Assembly (NCBI GenBank): GCA_963663215.1
Contig: OY760140.1
Location: forward strand, 1,292,233-1,324,232
DNA from: Nitrosomonadaceae bacterium
GTDB lineage: Bacteria > Pseudomonadota > Gammaproteobacteria > Burkholderiales > Nitrosomonadaceae
Length of the DNA: 32,000 nucleotides
Direction: 5' to 3'
Numbering within the stretch: the stretch's first letter is position 1; every line of letters begins with the position of its first letter. The position numbers and the translations under genes are program-made. Positions 20,226 through 29,319 of the stretch are shown here, one piece after another. The notes below the pieces were generated by a model. It searched no databases, had not been told where the DNA came from, and saw only the letters and a program-made list of their open reading frames with translations.

Positions 20226-22220
20226 TCAGTTAATTTTTCCCGCTTCTACTATTTCATTATTCAACAAAAAAAACTGCTCCACTTCATTTAGATCGCGTGT
20301 ACGCTTCATTGGTGGAAGACTTTGCCAGATTCGCTTACCGTAGGATTTAGTGATAAGGCGTGGATCACAGATCATCAACACACCACGATCAACCTCGTCA
20401 CGAATTAACCGTCCGACACCTTGCTTCAAATTGATGACCGCGCGCGGAAGCTGATACTCCATGAAAGCATTGCGCCCCTCTTTGTTGAGTTTCTCAATAC
20501 GTGCTGAAAGCACAGGGTCGTCAGGTGACGCAAAAGGTAGCTTATCTATAACTACCAGTGACAAAGCTTCGCCGCGCACGTCCACCCCTTCCCAGAAAGA
20601 TTGACTACCAATCAGTACGGCATTACCCATATTGCGAAAACGCTCTAACATTTCAGAGCGTGAACCTTGGCCTTGTAGCAACAAGGGATAATCAAGTTTT
20701 TCACGTTCAAATAACTCTAATAATACAGTATAAACTTGCTGCATCGCCCGTAGACTAGTACACAAGAAGAATGCACGGCCACGACTAGCCTTTAAAACTG
20801 GCAGCGCAGCTCTCACTACTTTCTCTGTGTATTTATGGTTAGCAGGCTCGGGCAAACCAGTTGGCACGTAAAGTAAAGCTTGATTAGCAAAATCAAACGG
20901 GCTTTCCCAGCAGACCGAACGTACCGAACTTAATTCTAGATTTAGACCCATTTCACTGTTGTAATGTGAGAAATCACCTCTAACCGACAACGTTGCAGAA
21001 GTAAATATCCACGCGCGTGGAGAAGCGCTTAGCTGTTTGTTAAATACTTCTGCAATAGATAAGGGTGTTGAATTAAGTTGTAGCGCATATCTAAATGTCT
21101 CGATCCAGCGTACGAAGCCTTCTACCTCTGCCTGGCTAGCCCAGCGGGTTATATCAAAGACAATTTCACGTGTTCGTTGCCAGCAGTTCTCCAATCCTTC
21201 TGAACGTTCTGCTTGACTCTCCAGCAGCGAGGTCAACACATTGAGCCTTTCCAGCAACTCATCCAGTGCTTCTCTGAATTCAGGGTTTTGTATTACCGCA
21301 TCCAACGGTAAGCGAGTGTTCTCTTCCTCGATAGTAAGACGCAAATCACGCGCTGCTTTTTCCATTGCTGACGCAGCTTCAGGCAATGCAACGAAATCCT
21401 TGGTGCTCAGTAGCCCCTCTGTCTCGATTTTATGTGCAAGCTCCAGTAGCTGGCCGGTACTTACTGACTCGCCAAAGAACAAACTCGCTGTTTCTGGCAA
21501 CTGGTGAGCTTCATCAAATATAACCGTATTGCAGGTAGGAAGTAGCTCTGACAATCCTTCATCGCGTAAGATCACATCTGCAAAAAACAAATGATGATTA
21601 ACCACAACTACATCTGCCGAAATCGCCTGTTTTCGTGCTTGCATAACAAAACACTCCTTGTAGTTGGAGCATTCTGAACCAAGGCAATTCTCTCGTGTTG
21701 AAGTTACTTGCTGCCAAATTGTTGCGTTTTCAGGTACTTCGCCCAAACCGCTCTTGTCGCCACTTCTGCTGGTATATGCATAACGCTCAATCAACTGTAA
21801 ATATTTCTTATCATCAAGACTAGTATGCGCTTCTTGTAAAGTACGCCTCAGATGATAGTGACACACATAATTGGCGCGACCTTTTAATAAGGCAACTTTT
21901 ACAGGCAGTTTAAGAGCTGCGCGCACAGTTTGAATATCACGATGGAAAAGTTGATCTTGCTGAGTTTTTGTCCCAGTAGAAAGAATTACTTTGCCACCTG
22001 CTAGAAGTGCAGGGACTAAATAAGCAAAAGTTTTGCCCGTGCCAGTACCTGCTTCTGCGATCAAAATGCGATTTTCAGCTATAGTTTCAGCTACCATCTG
22101 TGCCATTTCGAGTTGCTGTACGCGCATACGATAGTCAGGTACAAACTGAGCAAGGGCACCGTCAGCGGCAAAATAAAATTCGAGATTAGGCATGAAAGAA
22201 ATTGGCAAAATTGCCATCAT
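20226..22220 (-). CDS. ATP-dependent DNA helicase, DinG/YoaA (XPD-like, Fe-S) family
   Basis: Walker A AEAGTGTGKT and DEAH box FDEAHQL. Four Cys lie between them (ANYVCHY ... ENCLGSECSNYKECF), as in the XPD/DinG Fe-S domain. 664 aa. Confidence 0.85.
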   Translation of the reverse strand: MMAILPISFMPNLEFYFAADGALAQFVPDYRMRVQQLEMAQMVAETIAENRILIAEAGTGTGKTFAYLVPALLAGGKVILSTGTKTQQDQLFHRDIQTVRAALKLPVKVALLKGRANYVCHYHLRRTLQEAHTSLDDKKYLQLIERYAYTSRSGDKSGLGEVPENATIWQQVTSTRENCLGSECSNYKECFVMQARKQAISADVVVVNHHLFFADVILRDEGLSELLPTCNTVIFDEAHQLPETASLFFGESVSTGQLLELAHKIETEGLLSTKDFVALPEAASAMEKAARDLRLTIEEENTRLPLDAVIQNPEFREALDELLERLNVLTSLLESQAERSEGLENCWQRTREIVFDITRWASQAEVEGFVRWIETFRYALQLNSTPLSIAEVFNKQLSASPRAWIFTSATLSVRGDFSHYNSEMGLNLELSSVRSVCWESPFDFANQALLYVPTGLPEPANHKYTEKVVRAALPVLKASRGRAFFLCTSLRAMQQVYTVLLELFEREKLDYPLLLQGQGSRSEMLERFRNMGNAVLIGSQSFWEGVDVRGEALSLVVIDKLPFASPDDPVLSARIEKLNKEGRNAFMEYQLPRAVINLKQGVGRLIRDEVDRGVLMICDPRLITKSYGKRIWQSLPPMKRTRDLNEVEQFFLLNNEIVEAGKIN

Positions 22221-22408
22221 GGTAGCTCAGTGTTTAAAATAAATCGATTCTAAAATAATGCAAATATTACTAACGACTCCTAAGTTTCAAAGAGTTAACA
22301 CAATATTGCACCTACTATACGAGTCATGATCCAAAATTTATACTGATTTAGGCAAAATGTCGTAATTTTTAACAGTAGTTTTGGTCCTCACATTACCTGA
22401 CAAATTGC

Positions 22409-22438
22409 TTGACTTGAGGCACTTTTGTCAGCTAACCT
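22409..22438 (+). promoter_or_regulatory. Putative sigma-70 promoter of amoCAB
   Basis: TTGACT at 22409-22414, an 18-bp spacer, then TAACCT at 22433-22438. This would give a 5' UTR of roughly 110 nt before the amoC ATG (strong SD GGAGGGAG at 22542-22549). It is the best -35 match in the 335-bp upstream region. It is not experimentally anchored. Confidence 0.35.
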
Positions 22439-22555
22439 GAGCAAGTTGATAGTCGACGAGAAGAGTTGATGCGCAAGATCAACAAGAGCTATTTATCGGC
22501 GCTAAGGTGTTAAGTAAGTCGTTATACAAATTTAATGGGATAGGAGGGAGTAAAA

Positions 22556-23365
22556 ATGGCAACAACATATCAAACGCCTGGGACGGCAGCTACAACGTCG
22601 GGTTCCTGGGACAAGTCAGTGTGGTATGACACAAAGTATTATTGGGTTGGCTTGCTTTCCATGCTATCGGTGGCGATATTCTGGATTTGGTTCCAGCGCA
22701 CCTATGCTTACTCACACGGAATGGACTCGATGGAACCAGAATTTGAAAGAGTCTGGATGGGTCTGTGGCGGGTACACATGGTGGTATGGCCGACATTTGC
22801 ATTGGTTACCTGGGGTTGGCTCTGGAAGACACGGGATACCAAGGAACAACTGGATAACCTGGATCCGAAACTGGAAGTCAAACGTTATTTCTACTGGATG
22901 ATGTGGTTGGGTGTTTATCTCTTTGGAGTTTACTGGGGTGGTAGCTTCTTCACCGAACAAGATGCCTCCTGGCACCAAGTGATCATACGCGATACTAGTT
23001 TTACTCCTAGTCATGTCGTCGTATTCTACGGTTCTTTCCCGATGTACATCTGCTGTGGGGTAGCTAGTTATATCTATGCTATAACCCGTTTGCCGCAGTA
23101 CAGCAGGGGCACATCGTTTCCTTTGGTTTTCGCGATTGCCGGGCCGCTGATGATCCTGCCAAACGTTGGTCTTAACGAATGGGGTCATGCCTTCTGGTTC
23201 ATGGAAGAACTCTTCAGTGCACCGCTACATTGGGGCTTCGTGATTCTGGGTTGGTCTGGACTGTTTGCTGGCGGAGTTGCAGCGCAGATTATCACGCGCT
23301 ACTCCAACCTGACAGATGTGATCTGGAACAACCAAAGCAAGGTCATTCTAAACAATCGGCTCTAA
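22556..23365 (+). CDS. amoC: Ammonia monooxygenase subunit C
   Basis: 269 aa. Long identical blocks with N. europaea AmoC as I recall it ([87 protein letters not shown]). Confidence 0.97.
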   Translation: MATTYQTPGTAATTSGSWDKSVWYDTKYYWVGLLSMLSVAIFWIWFQRTYAYSHGMDSMEPEFERVWMGLWRVHMVVWPTFALVTWGWLWKTRDTKEQLDNLDPKLEVKRYFYWMMWLGVYLFGVYWGGSFFTEQDASWHQVIIRDTSFTPSHVVVFYGSFPMYICCGVASYIYAITRLPQYSRGTSFPLVFAIAGPLMILPNVGLNEWGHAFWFMEELFSAPLHWGFVILGWSGLFAGGVAAQIITRYSNLTDVIWNNQSKVILNNRL

Positions 23366-23386
23366 TCTTAAACTGTTCCCCTGCCC

Positions 23387-23416
23387 CCCTGCTCTCTAGT
23401 TATTCAGTGAGCAGGG
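23387..23416 (+). other. Stem-loop in the amoC-amoA intergenic spacer (possible attenuator, processing or stability element)
   Basis: CCCTGCTC (23387-23394) pairs with GAGCAGGG (23409-23416): an 8-bp perfect stem with a 14-nt loop, 22 nt after the amoC stop. The C-rich arm can alternatively pair with AGGGGGAGCAG at 23431-23441. Confidence 0.4.
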
Positions 23417-23537
23417 TTAGGTGAACCAGTAGGGGGAGCAGTTGTAATATCCGCCGAGAGTTATCGTATTAAAAGAGCGGCAGGTTGCACAGATTTTTTT
23501 ATGTTTAAGACGTACGACATACCTGAAGGGGGAAACA

Positions 23538-24368
23538 ATGGCAATTTTTAAAACAGACGAAATTATAAAGCTGGCAAAGATGCCGCCAGAAGCAGTAAGC
23601 ATGTCTAGGCATATAGATCTGATCTATTTTCCGATTCTATGCATACTTTTGGTTGGCACTTACCACATGCACTTCATGCTACTTGCAGGAGACTGGGATT
23701 TCTGGCTTGACTGGAAAGACCGTCAGTGGTGGCCGGTGGTAACTCCCATTGTAGGAATTACCTATTGTTCCACCATCATGTACTATCTTTGGGTAAATTA
23801 CCGGCAACCGTTTGGTGCAACACTGTGTGTTTGTTGTTTGCTTACTGGTGAGTGGCTAACGCGTTATTGGGGTTTCTACTGGTGGTCCCATTATCCAATC
23901 AACTTTGTCGTGCCCTCTACGATGATTCCTGGGGCATTGATCATGGACACGATATTATTATTGACCCGTAACTGGATGATCACAGCATTGCTCGGTGGTG
24001 GCGCTTTTGGGCTACTGTTTTATCCGGGCAACTGGCCAATCTTTGGGCCGACTCACCTCCCAGTGGTAGTAGAAGGGGTGCTGCTCTCGTTAGCCGACTA
24101 TACCGGATTCCTCTATGTTCGTACTGGCACACCTGAGTATGTGCGGTTAATTGAACAAGGATCGTTGCGTACCTTCGGTGGTCACACCACGGTAATTGCT
24201 GCGTTCTTCGCAGCTTTTATGTCTATGCTGGTGTTCGTTCTCTGGTGGTACTTAGGAGCGTTTTTCTGCACCGCGTTTTATTACGTCAAGGGTCCTAGAG
24301 GGCGGATAACAGAGAAAATGGATGTTACCGCTTTTGGCGAAGAAGGCTTTCCAGAGGGGATAAAATAA
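23538..24368 (+). CDS. amoA: Ammonia monooxygenase subunit A
   Basis: 276 aa, same length as N. europaea AmoA and near-identical over most of it as I recall ([83 protein letters not shown]). SD GAAGGGGG. The stop overlaps the amoB ATG by 1 nt (TAATG), as described for Nitrosomonas. Confidence 0.98.
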   Translation: MAIFKTDEIIKLAKMPPEAVSMSRHIDLIYFPILCILLVGTYHMHFMLLAGDWDFWLDWKDRQWWPVVTPIVGITYCSTIMYYLWVNYRQPFGATLCVCCLLTGEWLTRYWGFYWWSHYPINFVVPSTMIPGALIMDTILLLTRNWMITALLGGGAFGLLFYPGNWPIFGPTHLPVVVEGVLLSLADYTGFLYVRTGTPEYVRLIEQGSLRTFGGHTTVIAAFFAAFMSMLVFVLWWYLGAFFCTAFYYVKGPRGRITEKMDVTAFGEEGFPEGIK

Positions 24369-25633
24369 TGAACACAAAAAAATTATTTAAAGGGTGTGTT
24401 CTTGGTCTATACGGAGTGGCAACACTTGCCCTTGCTCTGGTAATTGATATTTCTCCTGTTGCTGCCCATGGCGAACGTGCTCAAGAACCATTCCTACGGA
24501 TGCGTACCATCCAATGGTACGACGTGGAGTGGGGGGAAGAGTCAAAGGGTGGAAAGGCGACCAAGGTTAATGATATTGCGATTATGCAGGGCAAGTTTCA
24601 TTTGGCCGAAGACTGGCCGGCTACAGTTGGCAAACCTAATCGTGCGTTCTTCAACATAGGCAGCCCAAGTCCGGTGTTTGTGCGTTTGAGCGTAAAACTA
24701 AATGATGAGCCAGCGTTCATTGCGGGGCCCATGGTAATTGGTCGAGACTACAAATTCGTGGCCAGGCTGAAAGCACGGATACCAGGTCGCCACCACATAC
24801 ACGCGATGGTAAACATAAAAGATGCGGGGCCGATTGCTGGACCGGGATCCTGGATGAGCATTTCAGGTAGCTGGGATGACTTTACCAACCCGATAAAGCT
24901 GTTGACAGGGGAAACCATCGATTCGGAAACCTTTAATCATGGTAATGCTGTCATGTGGCATATTATGTGGTACAGCCTTGGGTTGTTCTGGATTGGTTGG
25001 TATGTTGCTCGGCCGATGTTCTTGCCGCGTAGTCGGGTTCTCTTGGCATACGGGGATGAGCCGATGATTGACCCGGCGGACACAAAAATGGCATGGATCT
25101 TCCTGATCCTGACTGCTTCTCTCGTGTGGGGAGGCTACCGTTATACGGAGAACAAACATCCCTATACCATTCCTCTCCAGGCTGGTGAAACAAAGATCAA
25201 GCCGCTTCCGGTGAAGCCTAACCCTATCGCGATTAAGGTAACGAATGCAAACTACGATGTACCAGGACGCTCTCTACGCGTGACTATGATGATCACCAAC
25301 AGTGGAGATGAAGCCGTTAGAATCGGGGAATTCACCACAGCGGGTGTTCGGTTCATCAACAAAGTGGGCTTGAAATATCTCGATCGGTATTATCCAAGGG
25401 AGCTCGTGGCAACTGGCTTATCACTAGCGAATCCTACGCCAATTGAACCTGGTGAAACCCGTGAGGTAAAAATGGAAGCAAAGGATGCGCTATGGGAAGT
25501 ACAACGGCTAATGGCCCTTATGGGTGATCCGGAAAGTCGTTTTGGTGGATTGCTGATGACCTGGACTGATGCGGGTGATCGCAACATCAACAGCATACAT
25601 GGTCCTGTGATTCCAGTCTTTACCAAGCTGTAA
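24368..25633 (+). CDS. amoB: Ammonia monooxygenase subunit B
   Basis: 421 aa. A signal peptide ends ...ISPVAA|[19 protein letters not shown] (the mature N-terminal His is as in AmoB/PmoB). Two cupredoxin-like domains flank two TM helices ([35 protein letters not shown]). Confidence 0.97.
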   Translation: MNTKKLFKGCVLGLYGVATLALALVIDISPVAAHGERAQEPFLRMRTIQWYDVEWGEESKGGKATKVNDIAIMQGKFHLAEDWPATVGKPNRAFFNIGSPSPVFVRLSVKLNDEPAFIAGPMVIGRDYKFVARLKARIPGRHHIHAMVNIKDAGPIAGPGSWMSISGSWDDFTNPIKLLTGETIDSETFNHGNAVMWHIMWYSLGLFWIGWYVARPMFLPRSRVLLAYGDEPMIDPADTKMAWIFLILTASLVWGGYRYTENKHPYTIPLQAGETKIKPLPVKPNPIAIKVTNANYDVPGRSLRVTMMITNSGDEAVRIGEFTTAGVRFINKVGLKYLDRYYPRELVATGLSLANPTPIEPGETREVKMEAKDALWEVQRLMALMGDPESRFGGLLMTWTDAGDRNINSIHGPVIPVFTKL

Positions 25634-25648
25634 GGCAAGACAGGCATG

Positions 25649-25699
25649 ATACCGATCCACCATCCCGTCATTTGACGGGATGGTGGATCGGTATTTTTT
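25649..25699 (+). terminator. Strong rho-independent terminator of amoCAB
   Basis: ATACCGATCCACCATCCCGTC (25649-25669), loop ATTT, GACGGGATGGTGGATCGGTAT (25674-25694): a perfect 21-bp stem followed by a T-run (25694-25699). It starts 15 nt after the amoB stop. Confidence 0.85.
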
Positions 25700-25817
25700 G
25701 ATAGTAAGATATGTGGAAAAAATGGAAAATCCATGCGACGCGGCGCGCTTTCAATAAACATCTGAGTAAACGTAGGACACTCTCTTCTATTAGTAACCTG
25801 AGTCATAAGATTTAATC

Positions 25818-26444
25818 TTATGCCTTAAGCCATTTGGTAAGTGGTTGCCACTGCATTAGATCGCGTTCAGCCTGGTGGAACGGTAAATCGAAAATACTTT
25901 TTCCGTTAAAGGCAGAATTGACATACACCATGGTATCGCGCAAATAGGCAAGAATGGGTAGGTTATACTGCGATAAAAATTGTTCCAAGGTAGATGCTGC
26001 ACGAGTGCGTGGATCTACCCGCATTCCAACTATTCCGATAAAGGCTTTATGTCTTTGTATGGTCTTTTCTTCCATCAACCGATCTATGAAATCCCGCGTG
26101 GTGACCATGTCGAACACTGATGGTTGTATTGGTACAAGGATTTTGTGTGCAAGTTTCAACGCATGGGAAAGGTTCTTCCCATGAATTCCAGCAGGAGAAT
26201 CCAGCACAAGCCAATCATTTTTTTCCATAATGCTTTGGGATGCTTCACCACGCTCTAAACCTAACCTAGTAATGGTTGGTAACTCAGAAGATCGCAATGC
26301 GAGCCAGCTCAGTGATGATTTCTGCTGATCTAGATCCCACATCACAACCCGATGATTCTGACTAGCTAAATAACCAGCCAAATTGGTCGCTAATGTGGTT
26401 TTACCACAACCTCCCTTAGGATTTGCCACCAAAATTGCTCGCAT
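25818..26444 (-). CDS. ParA/MinD-family P-loop ATPase (small orphan ParA-like protein)
   Basis: Deviant Walker A ANPKGGCGKTTLATNLA. 208 aa. No parB-like partner is visible. Confidence 0.8.
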   Translation of the reverse strand: MRAILVANPKGGCGKTTLATNLAGYLASQNHRVVMWDLDQQKSSLSWLALRSSELPTITRLGLERGEASQSIMEKNDWLVLDSPAGIHGKNLSHALKLAHKILVPIQPSVFDMVTTRDFIDRLMEEKTIQRHKAFIGIVGMRVDPRTRAASTLEQFLSQYNLPILAYLRDTMVYVNSAFNGKSIFDLPFHQAERDLMQWQPLTKWLKA

Positions 26445-26536
26445 ATATACCCCTCACCTCCAGTCTATTTCGTCCAAAACAAAATTAGCCAGCTTCTTTT
26501 CTTACTATACTAAAGATTCTGTTCACTAACTACATT

Positions 26537-27214
26537 CTATTCTGCCTCCTGCTTTAATCCTTGTAGAGGCGGTGATATATCAGAAGCACCAGAAGTGGAA
26601 GTCCGATCTGGAATAGATAACAATTCCATACTTCCTTTTTGTTCCACTAGCAATCCAGGATCTTCCAGCGGAGGCAACTCATCTAGAGAGCGCAGGTTAA
26701 GATCATTAAGGAAATCCTTGGTAGTAGCATATAAAATTGGTCTGCCTGGAACATCGCGATGCCCAATAGATTCTATCCATACACGGGCTTCCAAAACCTT
26801 CAGTACTGGGCTGGAAACTGTCACACCACGAATTTCCTCAATGTCACCACGTGTAACCGGCTGCCGATAAGTAATTATTGCAAGTGTTTCCATTACTGCA
26901 CGTGAGTAACGGGGAGGCTTTTGTGGATTAAGCTTGTTAAGAAACCCCTGAATTTCAGGTTTAGCATGAAAACGCCATCCGCTGGCGACACATACCAGCT
27001 CTACACCTCCTTCTGCCCATTTCTCACGTAATTCTTCAAGCAACCTGTGTAGAATTCCTGTGCTTAGTTCATTGTCAAATAGTTTCTTCAACTCCACCAA
27101 TGGCAAAGGGTCCTGACTAGTGAGTAAAACTGCCTCTAATACCTGCTTGACTTGATCAGGGTCTATCGGCTCTGATGAATTAGACAGCGGTAAGGAAGTC
27201 GATTGATCTGACAT
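26537..27214 (-). CDS. scpB: Segregation and condensation protein B
   Basis: Two winged-helix repeats. LAIITYRQPVTRGDIEEIRGV and GRPILYATTKDFL are typical ScpB motifs. Overlaps scpA by 35 nt. Confidence 0.85.
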   Translation of the reverse strand: MSDQSTSLPLSNSSEPIDPDQVKQVLEAVLLTSQDPLPLVELKKLFDNELSTGILHRLLEELREKWAEGGVELVCVASGWRFHAKPEIQGFLNKLNPQKPPRYSRAVMETLAIITYRQPVTRGDIEEIRGVTVSSPVLKVLEARVWIESIGHRDVPGRPILYATTKDFLNDLNLRSLDELPPLEDPGLLVEQKGSMELLSIPDRTSTSGASDISPPLQGLKQEAE

Positions 27215-27992
27215 AAATATTTCCGATGGGTTGAGATTGCGTGATTTCTACTAGGCTTTCCCTAACGAGTTCCAGCAACGCAAGAAAAGTTACTACTACT
27301 TCAGCCATCCTGACAGAGGGACCAAACAATTCATAGAATTCAATGAACTCGCGTCCCCGTAAATCTCGCATAATACGACCCATATGCGCTCGCACCGAGA
27401 GCTCTGCTCGAGTAACACGATGATGGCGATTAGCTTGGGCGCGTGCTACTAGTGTAATCCATGCATTACGTAGGCCATCTACATTGATTTCCGGCAGGCG
27501 CTTAACCACTGTTTGCTCAATTAGCACCTGTACAGGTGTAAAGTCACGTTCGGCCTGGGGCATCTCATTTAGCCGTAGTGCAGCCAGTTTCATCTGTTCG
27601 TATTCCAACAATCGACGCACTAGTTCAGCACGTGGATCGACATCGTCTTCGTTAGCTCGGACAATAGGACGCGGTAGCAGCATGCGTGACTTAATTTCGA
27701 TCAGAAGTGCAGTCATTAGTAAATATTCTGCCGCCAGTTCCAGTTGACTAGCGTGCATGATCTCAACATAGGCCATATATTGACGCGTGAGCTCTGCCAT
27801 TGGAATATCTAAGACTTCTAGGTTATGCTTACGAATAAGATAAAGTAGTAAATCTAGTGGCCCCTGAAAAGTATCGAGAAACACTTCTAGAGCATCCGGT
27901 GGGATAAACAAACCCCGTGGCACCTCCATCAGCGGTTCGCCGCGGATATTTGCAATAGGATTAGTAGCAGTAGGCTTGAGAAATTGGCTCAC
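27180..27992 (-). CDS. scpA: Segregation and condensation protein A (kleisin)
   Basis: FQGPLDLLLYLIRKHNLEVLDIPMAELTRQY is the conserved ScpA N-terminal motif. 270 aa. The track start is GTG, so the start is uncertain. Confidence 0.85.
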   Translation of the reverse strand: MSQFLKPTATNPIANIRGEPLMEVPRGLFIPPDALEVFLDTFQGPLDLLLYLIRKHNLEVLDIPMAELTRQYMAYVEIMHASQLELAAEYLLMTALLIEIKSRMLLPRPIVRANEDDVDPRAELVRRLLEYEQMKLAALRLNEMPQAERDFTPVQVLIEQTVVKRLPEINVDGLRNAWITLVARAQANRHHRVTRAELSVRAHMGRIMRDLRGREFIEFYELFGPSVRMAEVVVTFLALLELVRESLVEITQSQPIGNIYVRSIDFLTAV

Positions 27993-28071
27993 ACTGAAAT
28001 GAAAACTACATTATCTAATCTGTATTATACCGTAGCAGCCCATAGTTACATTTCTTAATAAAATACGAGCA

Positions 28072-29274
28072 TTAAGAATAACTTAACCCCACTGCCTCTC
28101 TTACGTCTCGCATGGTTTCCTGCGCTAGCTTATCAGCTCTTTCACAGCCATCTGCGATAATATTGCGTACTAAAGTAGGATCATCCTCGTACATTCTGGC
28201 ACGTTCATGCATAGGCTGCTGTTCTACTAATACCGCTTCAATCACCGGTTGCTTACATTCTAAGCAGCCGATTCCCGCACTCTTGCAGCCCTGCTGTACC
28301 CAATCCCTGATCGTATCATCTGAATAAACCAAATGAAATTGCCATACTGGACATTTGGCGGGATCACCCGGATCCCCACGTCGTATACGTGCTGGATCAG
28401 TTTGCATGGTACGAATTTTATTTCTGACACTATCAGCCCCTTCTCTCAAACTGATAGTGTTATTGTAGGATTTGGACATTTTCTGGTTGTCCAAGCCTGG
28501 CATTCTTGACGCCTGGGCAAGCATCGCTTCAGGTTCAGAAAGAATCATTTTTCCACCACCCTCAAGATACCCGAATAATCGCTCGCGATCTCCCATACTC
28601 AAGTTCTGCTGTTCGTCAAGCAATGACTTTGCCGCATCTAATGCTTCATTATTGCCTTGCTCTTGGTAACGATTGCGCAGTTGTCGGTAGACCTTGGATT
28701 TTTTGGGACCAAGTTTCTTAATCGCCAACTCAGCCTTTTCCCTGAACCCAGCCTCTTTACCAAAAATATGGTTGAAACGACGCGAGATCTCGCGTGTGAA
28801 TTCAATGTGTGCTATTTGATCTTCGCCAACCGGCACACGATTAGCACGATAAATAAGAATATCTGCACTCTGTAATAAAGGATAGCCTAGAAAACCGTAA
28901 GTACTTAAATCCTTATCGGTTAGTTTTTCTTGCTGATCCTTGTAGCTAGGAACCCTCTCCAACCAACCCAGTGGCGTAATCATAGAAAGCAACACATGCA
29001 ATTCAGCATGTGCCGGTATCCGTGACTGGATAAACAAAGTTGCCTGGGCCGGATCTACCCCGGCAGCAAGCCAATCCACCGCCATGTCCCAGGCATTTTG
29101 CTCAATAATTTCGGGTGTATCATAATGGGTGGTAAGGGCGTGCCAATCAGCAACAAAAAAAAGACATTCGAACTCCTGCTGCAATTCTACCCAGTTCTTC
29201 AGTACACCATGGTAGTGCCCTAAATGTAAGCTACCTGTGGGACGCATCCCAGATAAAACTCGATCAGTAAACAT
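28072..29274 (-). CDS. trpS: Tryptophan--tRNA ligase, long form with an internal insertion and a C-terminal four-Cys motif
   Basis: SGMRPTGSLHLGHYHG (HIGH-type) and KMSKS motifs. 400 aa, versus about 334 in E. coli. The extra ~60-70 aa lie between FNHIFG and the KMSKS loop. Cys308-x21-Cys330-x6-Cys337-x2-Cys340. Confidence 0.95.
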   Translation of the reverse strand: MFTDRVLSGMRPTGSLHLGHYHGVLKNWVELQQEFECLFFVADWHALTTHYDTPEIIEQNAWDMAVDWLAAGVDPAQATLFIQSRIPAHAELHVLLSMITPLGWLERVPSYKDQQEKLTDKDLSTYGFLGYPLLQSADILIYRANRVPVGEDQIAHIEFTREISRRFNHIFGKEAGFREKAELAIKKLGPKKSKVYRQLRNRYQEQGNNEALDAAKSLLDEQQNLSMGDRERLFGYLEGGGKMILSEPEAMLAQASRMPGLDNQKMSKSYNNTISLREGADSVRNKIRTMQTDPARIRRGDPGDPAKCPVWQFHLVYSDDTIRDWVQQGCKSAGIGCLECKQPVIEAVLVEQQPMHERARMYEDDPTLVRNIIADGCERADKLAQETMRDVREAVGLSYS

Positions 29275-29319
29275 TCTACTTTATCCTTGATTATTCCGTG
29301 GCTAAATGTCTTGTCAAAC

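Noticed and set aside
22712-23188. 158-aa ORF antisense to amoC, plus the other short frames within amoC.
   Set aside because: It is completely embedded in amoC, whose protein is near-identical to known AmoC. The antisense translation has no recognisable features.
25390-25806. 138-aa ORF on the minus strand spanning the amoB 3' end, which could be mistaken for a gene downstream of amoB.
   Set aside because: Most of it is antisense to amoB, and it runs straight through the 21-bp-stem terminator hairpin. No RBS or motif.
22221-25817. The idea that amoCAB is a compositionally foreign island (GC shift relative to its flanks).
   Set aside because: Hand counts of a few 60-nt samples gave about 50% GC in amoA versus about 47% in the neighbouring helicase gene; only the intergenic DNA is much lower. 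The difference is too small and too poorly sampled to claim. A sliding-window GC and codon-usage calculation is needed.
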